Source of the DNA: Oopsacas minuta
Taxonomy: Eukaryota; Animalia; Porifera
DNA: 64,000 nt
Direction: 5' to 3'
NCBI GenBank assembly: GCA_024704765.1
Contig: JAKMXF010000310.1
Coordinates: forward strand, 62,001-126,000
The notes beneath the pieces were generated by a model. That model did no database searches. It saw only the letters and a program-made list of their open reading frames with translations, and was not told the DNA's origin. This document shows positions 56,695 to 64,000 of the stretch, in pieces. The position numbers and the translations under genes were made by a program. The first letter of the stretch is position 1; each line of letters begins with the position of its first letter.

Positions 56695-59600
56695 TATATA
56701 AAGTATCGTTGACTGAAAGATGGTCGCGGGAATTTATGAGAATATTTAGAACTCACGTTGGAAGGTGCTAGAGTTGGCATTTTCATGAATTATCTAGATT
56801 GGCTTGAGCTGAGAAGATGAGCATTTCAGTAGACTATTTTAATAACTTGTGTGATGTTTCATTGGATTATCGTTGGATCTGGTGCAGGCTGTGAGTTGCT
56901 GAGAGTATTTTGAGTTTTCAAAACAACAAAAGTAAATGACTATATTTTCCTCGCGAAGAAATTTCCCCGCGACCAATTTCCCCCGCGACCATCTTTCCGC
57001 CATTCATAAAGTATTATTTACTCAAGAACGGGAATTACATACTGGCTTCTTCGTTTTATGACCTTCTTGGTGACAAATATAGTCGTATATTTAGTAGGCC
57101 ACGGCTCGATATACCAGTAATGATAATTAGCACATTAATGAATATGTTCCTTATAAACTTTCCATATAACCTTTGGTTTATTTGGTCTGTTGCGTGAGAT
57201 TTTTACTCATTAGTATTATTTCATTCTGATGGATACAAATTGAAAATATAATTCGCAATTTCATTATTCGTTTCTTATAGCAACATTAGAATGGGAACCA
57301 AGAGAAGAGTTATAACATGTGTTGCTTTAAACGTAAATAACAGTCATGCTCATTAGCTTATGAGATAGTCTAGTATTGTACTATGCAATGTGAGTGATGA
57401 ATGTCATGGCCAGCGGAAAACAATATTTTCACAAAATATTATTTTTCTAATATTCATTAAAAAAGTACTAGCGACCCCTGTTTTTTTAAAGCAAATAGAA
57501 TGATATAATATAAAAGAATGAGCCTGTAAAGTTTCAGGCGATTCTGGGGATGAATTATTTTTGAAATTTGAGTCTAAATTGAAATTTCGAAAATACATAA
57601 AAACACAAGAATTTTGCCATTTTTAGAACCCCATTGTGACTGTATCTTTCAGAATTTCATGATTATAGCGACATAATGGTATACATCCATGTCTCAGCTA
57701 TCGATTCTTATCAAAATATAATAGTTCGAGTTCGATTTTGGATATCAAATATCAATTTGAACTGACCCTACTTTTTGTAAAATGATACTTATCTCCCTCT
57801 AATATAATATAACTCTTGACTTTAACTTTGAATACTTGTATCTCCTCGAGTTTTAGGAATTTTTGGATGAAATTTAATTTACATAAACGTCCATGGGTTA
57901 CAAATATAGACACTAAATTTCAGATTCGAATTCTCACTTTTAGGTTGTCCTTTTTTAATAGAGAAACGACCATCCTCTTCATGACAAAAAAAGATAGGTA
58001 AAAGTTAAAAAATATTAAAGAAAAGTATATATTATAAAACATCCAACACTCCTCTACCGAATGATATTGATTGAACTGACACTGGCGGAATATCAATACG
58101 GATGAGTTAAAATCTCATGCAACAGGCCTACTAGTTTATTTTCTGAGATCAAGTTATGATTACTACTAGTGTATGTTTTCAAGCACATGTAGTGTAAGAC
58201 CTCCCCCAAATTCTTAGAGATATTCAATAAGCTGTTTGGGTTTTCAATAATGCTAGAATACATAATTTGAATCTTGTGATTTTAAAGCAGCAACGTGATA
58301 GATTAAATTTAATTATAGGCGTGTATTATTATTCTCTGAAAATGCTGATTACGTAATCTTTATCATTGCTGGTGCATGCAGTATATCCTAGCAAATTGTC
58401 ATAACTTTAGTTCATGCCCTCCATAATCCTAACAGCCTGTTGTCCAATTTACACTATTGGAATTTCTCTTAACAAATTGTTTATTTAAATATAGTTAATG
58501 TTTTTATGTTAGCTATTCAATGTGTGTACCTTGCTGCGATAATGTGCATCCCGTTTTTATTATTTCGATTTTACAAAAAGCCTGTTAATTGAGCAATACA
58601 TTTATACACTCATAATCCCTATTAAATGCTTCATAGCGATAGGAAATCCTCGACGATGGGCTATGGTCCCCGACTGACTAAATTTAGATAATATACACAT
58701 ATGTTCCAACTGGCGTCTTGCCAAGGCGTGAGATTACAATTTTTGACCTCTTAAAAAGCGTGGGACTCACGGATAAGGCGTGAGAGTTGGCATCTCAGTA
58801 TACATTGTTATACAGTTATTGTGATTGTTTATCACATCCTGTCCTCTGAGAACACTTCACACAATACAGATATACGATATGAATTTTGCAAAAAGTTATT
58901 TTAATAAACTCATGGACTCGCGAATATTGATTATTTTTTGCACAATTCACTCTACTTAAATTACATCCTAGCCATTATCCGCTGTTTCAATTAAAATTCA
59001 ATTTTGACATTAATAGAAAAGGATGATTGATTTCATATGGAAATATGTTAATATACACAAACTTAAAGCATTTCGATTACCTAACAAAATCCTTATGGAA
59101 ATTATGGATTGGAAACACGTTGCAACCAAGCTGTTTATTATGAAATCTAGAAAATTTCAAAGTTACGTCATCCTCCGGACGACATCTCATAGTAGTGGAT
59201 GGAACACAAATAAATGATAAAAAACTATAAAAGGAATTTAATGATTGACCAAGAGATGTTCTAGATTAAGATTGGTTACGTAAAAATTGGTTCCATGAAG
59301 ATTATTTACTGTTATATTTGCGAATTAGTGATGGTGCTTTGATGTTAATGATGATATATTGATAGTTTGATATACGTACGTACATTAGATTATTATTGCA
59401 TGATAATTTTAACAAGTTGCAACACTCATAAAGATAATCTTCGAATACCTACATTTTCATAAATAAGTGCAAGTGCTTATGTTGAGGTTTGAGCTGAGCA
59501 TTCTAATATACTAAATAGGTAGGAACATAGCTAGATTGGTTTGACCGATTACGGCCGAAGTGATCATTAATTTGCCAGTTCGTTTTAACCAATTCCCGCA

Positions 59601-60334
59601 CCCAATCGAGATTTCGGCACCCTTTTGAGGTCATAAAATGACACATTTTCCCGACAGTATTCGGTCAATTCCTGGGTCTAACTGGAGCGCGAAGCAATTA
59701 TGAAGTCGAAAAGGAATTATTTTACATATACTTATACTGATACATTGTGTAGGAAGTCAATTCAATATATTTGTTGATAAACTAAACTAAGGGTAAGGGG
59801 AGTATGACATTAGTGTATAAAGCTTGTGCGACTTTTGTATACTCACAATGCTATGATAGTGTACAAATATACAGAACACAAACGTCGCGCTAGCTTGTAC
59901 AATTAGGACATTAGTGAAATAGTGGTTAAAATCCACATTATCACCTATTATAACCAATATTCTTAACCAATCGAATCAAAGCCCATCCACCAAGTAGATG
60001 TCTATCTAAAATACCCAATTTTACAACTACGAAGTAGTCATACAACTGCAACATCCAGGAGCAATATTGACAGCTTGACACTAATTCAAGATAAAAAGCT
60101 AGTGCAACGTTTATTTACAGATATATTTGTACACAAATGTCTCCCTCCGAAGTCCGAAACAAAGCTATTAGCACATTGTAATTGTTGTAGATTGAATAAT
60201 ATGTTATCAATCAAATTTGATATACTAGGGTTTAGCTACTACTCAACCCATTAAATCTTGCACCAGTGATAAATAAGTATGGCTTGATTCACATATGGTC
60301 TTCGATTAACTTTGGACAATGGATAATGCCAAAG

Positions 60335-63296
60335 TGTTGCAGTTTATGGACGTGCTTGGTGTGCACGCGTGCACACCAGTGTAATCGCGTGTACACGTGT
60401 GCATACTGGCGTATGGCGATGCCATAATAAAATGTTCTCTTCTGGTTCTTTACTAAATAATATAATTAGCGATCATTATTATCATTATTATCAACATTGT
60501 AATGTTTCACCATCCTTTGAAAAAGTATTTGAGTTGCTACCTAGAAATGAAAGGGAATATCAATAATTACACATTCTACATGGAAACATTGTGGGTCTCG
60601 AGCTCGAAGCACGGACTATATCCTTAATTCCATTGGTGACAAATGATGATCTTCAATTCTATAAAAGTACTCTACATATCCATCCAAACTCTACGTGTAT
60701 TCAGGTTAACTTGATAAAATCAGATAACTTGTACACATTTGTTGTATTTTATAATCACCATCAGTGCCTTACCAAATTGTTTCATAATATTCGTCCCGTT
60801 CATCCCAAACCAAACGACAACATCTATTCCTTTGTCACGATGGTTATCATTAAGGAATTATCCAAATCTATCTATTCTTCTCCTTCTATTGGGAGATATT
60901 GAATTGAACCCTGGTCCTACCTGAAGAGAAGAGTTCATGAAAATTCTTGACGAGAAGAAACTGGCTGATTCAGCCATTAATATATTCTCACCTGAAAAAA
61001 TAGAGCAAAAAATCTGCATCCTGAAATCACAGAAACCCACAGAAAAAAATGCAAGACAAAAGTGGCAAAGGGTTCAGAATAGATTTAAACTTGTTTCATA
61101 TCAAAGTGTTGAAACCCTATACCTTCGTGAAGCAAACAGACACAATTCCAAAAGAGTATTGGCGAGTAAAGAAATCTACGATGTCCTAGAAGAATTTCAC
61201 GTAAAAAATCACGGATATTCGGGAAGGATAAAATTGTATAAGAGAGTTACTCGATATTACTTTGGAGTTACTGAAGAACTGTGTGGTATTTATGTCAAAA
61301 TGTGTCCAACTTGCCATCTAAAAAGGGGAAGAAATCCATAAAGTCTGTAGTTACCAAGCCAATCGTATCAAGAAATTACCTGAGCAGAGGTAAAATTGAT
61401 CTCATAGATTTCAGAGATATGAATCTTGCTAAAAACATCACCAGATGGGGTCACACCCTATAAATACATTTTTGTCTACATTGACCATTTTACCAAAAAA
61501 ATAAACTTGGTAGAAAAACAGCAGAAAATTTTCGTGATATTTTAATTGAAATATTCTGCGATCAAGGCCCACCTCTAATATTACATTCTGATAATGGAGG
61601 AGAATTCTCAAATCGCCTTCTATTCGAAACTTTGCGAGATACTTGGCCCTCTACAAAAATTGTGTATGGCAAACCCTGACATCCTGAGTGTCAGGGGACA
61701 GTAAAGCTTGTGAATAGAGAAGTTAAAGACGGATTATTTGCCATGATGCATGATAACAATGATCAATGTTGGGTAAAGTATTTAAAGTGGGTAAAATTTA
61801 ACTACAACACAAGTTACCATACAACCATTCGAATGACGCCATTTGAAGCTGTATATGGCAGACCTCCATTCTTCTGACTCGCCACTCTTAATGTTCCTAA
61901 AGAACATTGGGGTGCGATTAATAACGAATACGATTTGAATAACTTTCAACAAACCTCTGTTGTTGATCCAATCTCAGCATCTGTTGATGAATTATCTGAA
62001 TAATCTAACTTGTCTGATAACGTAGTGCCTACATATACAGAGGAGTATCCTAATGAACCACAGTCTCCATATTTATCTAAGTTTCCCGCCTATTTCCGAT
62101 GATTATGAATTCTCAATATCAGATATAGTTCCACCTGGCACAATTCTCGATGATATAGAATATTCTACTAATGTTGAAACCCCAACATCAGGTATCTCAG
62201 TAATTCTGGAGAATCAAATTAGAGCAATTGAATCAGATAATTATATTCCTGAGACATAGTTTCCCATGAGACGACTATCTAGTAGTTCATCCATAGTGTC
62301 AAATATAAGTCCAACCAATTCAACTAACTTACTCTGTGCTGTATGTCAAAATGAAACAAGTAGAGTACACTCTTGCCCTGGGTGTAGTCGTTTCGTCCAC
62401 GTACCTTGCGGAATTCTACAAGGGGAAGAGGGATTTGGGAGTTCAGTGTGGTGTCAAGGTTGTTTTCTCAAAGAAAAGAGTACAATTACCATCATTTAAG
62501 AAAAGGAATAAAAAGAAATTAAGAAACACTATATGATCGTATGCTAAAGTCAAGTGGGAAAAATTCCAAACCAGCTGAAATCGGTGATACTGTGCTTATA
62601 CCCATTTCTCAACCTGATAAGATAGTTCGATTGGACCACGCAATCTTATGGGTCATATCATCGACGGACAGGATTCTGTTTATACTGTAGCTACATCACA
62701 TGGCACTATTTCCTCTGGCTATGCAAGGAATCAGTTGATGTTTGTCCATTCAGAATCAGTGCAAATGAGTCTTGCCATACTTCTATAGTTAGTCAAACGG
62801 AAGCAATGCAAAATGCTTCTCTGGGCCTCAGTGATTCAGCATGTAGATGTAAGCACTGTAAAACACTAAGGTACCCTTGCAAGAAATCAGGTAGAAGTTG
62901 CAACACTAAATGCCATAAGGGTCACACTTGTTTTAACAAGTTCGCATAACATACTACTAGCAGAGAGAATAGTCATTACGTATAACACAAGTCATTACTT
63001 AATATTTTTTAGAACTTTCAAATTGCCAAATCATTAGTTTATAATTAGAATAAAATAAAGATTTATTGCTCAGTCTCAAAAATTATTTTAAATTGGATAA
63101 TACAGACACTTCGCTACACGAGTAGTCAAGCAGATTATAAATAATTTAGTGTATTGGACGATTTGGAATTATTATGTGGTAATGGTGTATCGCTAATTAT
63201 ATTATTTAATAAACAACCAGAAGAGAACATTTTATTATGGCATGACCATGCACCAGTGTGCACACGTGCACACCAAGCACGTCCATAAACTGCACA
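60335..63296 (+). mobile_element. Ginger2/GIN-like (KRBA2/SCAND3-type integrase) DNA transposon, decayed
   Basis: TIRs over 100 bp starting TGT(T)GCAGTTTATGGACGTGCTTGGTGTGCAC. The coding region has an H2C2 Zn finger, YIDHFTK, HSDNGGEF, HPECQG, MTPFEAVYGRPP, a PHD-like finger and a terminal CxC cluster, with frameshifts and stops. No clean TSD. Confidence 0.85.
60862..60918 (+). other. 2A/StopGo-like ribosomal skipping motif
   Basis: PNLSILLLLLGDIELNPGP matches the D(V/I)ExNPG|P consensus with its upstream Leu-rich helix. Confidence 0.75.
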
Positions 63297-64000
63297 TTCT
63301 TAAAACTGTCCACTATGGGTAGGGTATTTAATTCCAATCCCGGGATTAGTACCACGCATTACAAAAATAATACATTGTTTGTGGCTGTTGTTATACAAAA
63401 ATAACAACAACTACAAACAATTTTAAAAGTGATGAGCAGTATTTTGTAGTCTACTCTAGCTGTGACAGGTAACCAATGTAATTTTTTTAGTATTGAAGTT
63501 ATGTGGTCTCGCTCTTAGCTGCAGCATTTTGTATACTCTGTAGTCTATTCAGTTCTTGTGATGGTAATCCAAAAAGTATAATAATACACTAGTCTATTCG
63601 GCTGGAGATGTATGCATGAACTAATCTCTGAACAGAAGACTTGTGCAAATATTTGTGTAGAGTTCCAATCCGATTTAGGGCAAGTGATGCCACACTGCAT
63701 TTTCTACTTATATGAAATATCATCCGTACCGTGTTTATCCCAAATATCATCAAGATTTAGAGCCAAGTCTACTGGATATATAACAGAAGATCCAAACATA
63801 ATGGGGAAGGTAGGATAGAGTGATCGAGATTGGGGAGTTAAATAAATAAAGTTAGTCTTATTTGGATTTTAGTAAGTTTATTATCAATAAACCAATTCTC
63901 AGAGTAGACAAACAGGTTTCTAATCGGATCTTGGCTTCTTCTGTTGCTGATGGTTGCTGACTATATTTGAAAGATATTCGACTTCTTTTTGGTGGTAAGT

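Noticed and set aside
57040-57340. Possible Helitron helicase remnant on the minus strand
   Set aside because: Only a vague resemblance across many stops; not supportable without a search.
60325-63305. 4-bp TSD for the Ginger element
   Set aside because: The flanks (AAAG and TTCT) do not match; the element call rests on its TIRs and protein motifs only.
63560-64000. Exon-like segments with GT donors at the right edge
   Set aside because: No recognisable motif, a stop in the most plausible frame, and truncated by the window.

Overview
AT-rich, gene-dense eukaryotic (animal) DNA with many single-exon genes and short introns. The compact architecture and gene content resemble a sponge such as a hexactinellid, but that is an inference and cannot be confirmed here. 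Host genes I can support: pecanex (5' part), TIM22, endosulfine/ARPP19, BCKDHB, an SREK1IP1/CXIP4-like zinc knuckle, RABL3, two divergent paralogous secreted orphan proteins, a UPF0390-like protein, maelstrom, a very large inducible GTPase (GVIN1/URGCP-like), three GPI-tailed alpha-carbonic anhydrases, an atypical Rac-like GTPase and THUMPD3. Interleaved is a diverse set of DNA transposons with readable termini and target-site duplications (TSDs): hAT, Tc1/pogo, Chapaev3-like, Transib, MULE, KDZ-like, Ginger2-like and Helitron-like. The most notable observations are: (1) a 2A/StopGo-type motif (LLLLLGDIELNPGP) in frame with a Ginger2-type integrase, separated by one TGA; (2) a 3-kb near-intact Transib/RAG1-core-like element with CACAGTG termini, a 5-bp TSD and unequal 7/16-nt spacers in its two-part ends; (3) a carbonic anhydrase pair with an identical intron but a diverged catalytic core, plus a third paralog with His94 replaced by Asp; (4) a Rac-like GTPase lacking G12, T35 and G60/Q61; (5) a recent ~0.96-kb inverted duplication carrying the last exon of an orphan secreted-protein gene. 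No prokaryotic features, CRISPR arrays, rRNA or convincing tRNA were seen. All exon calls, alignments and counts were made by eye.
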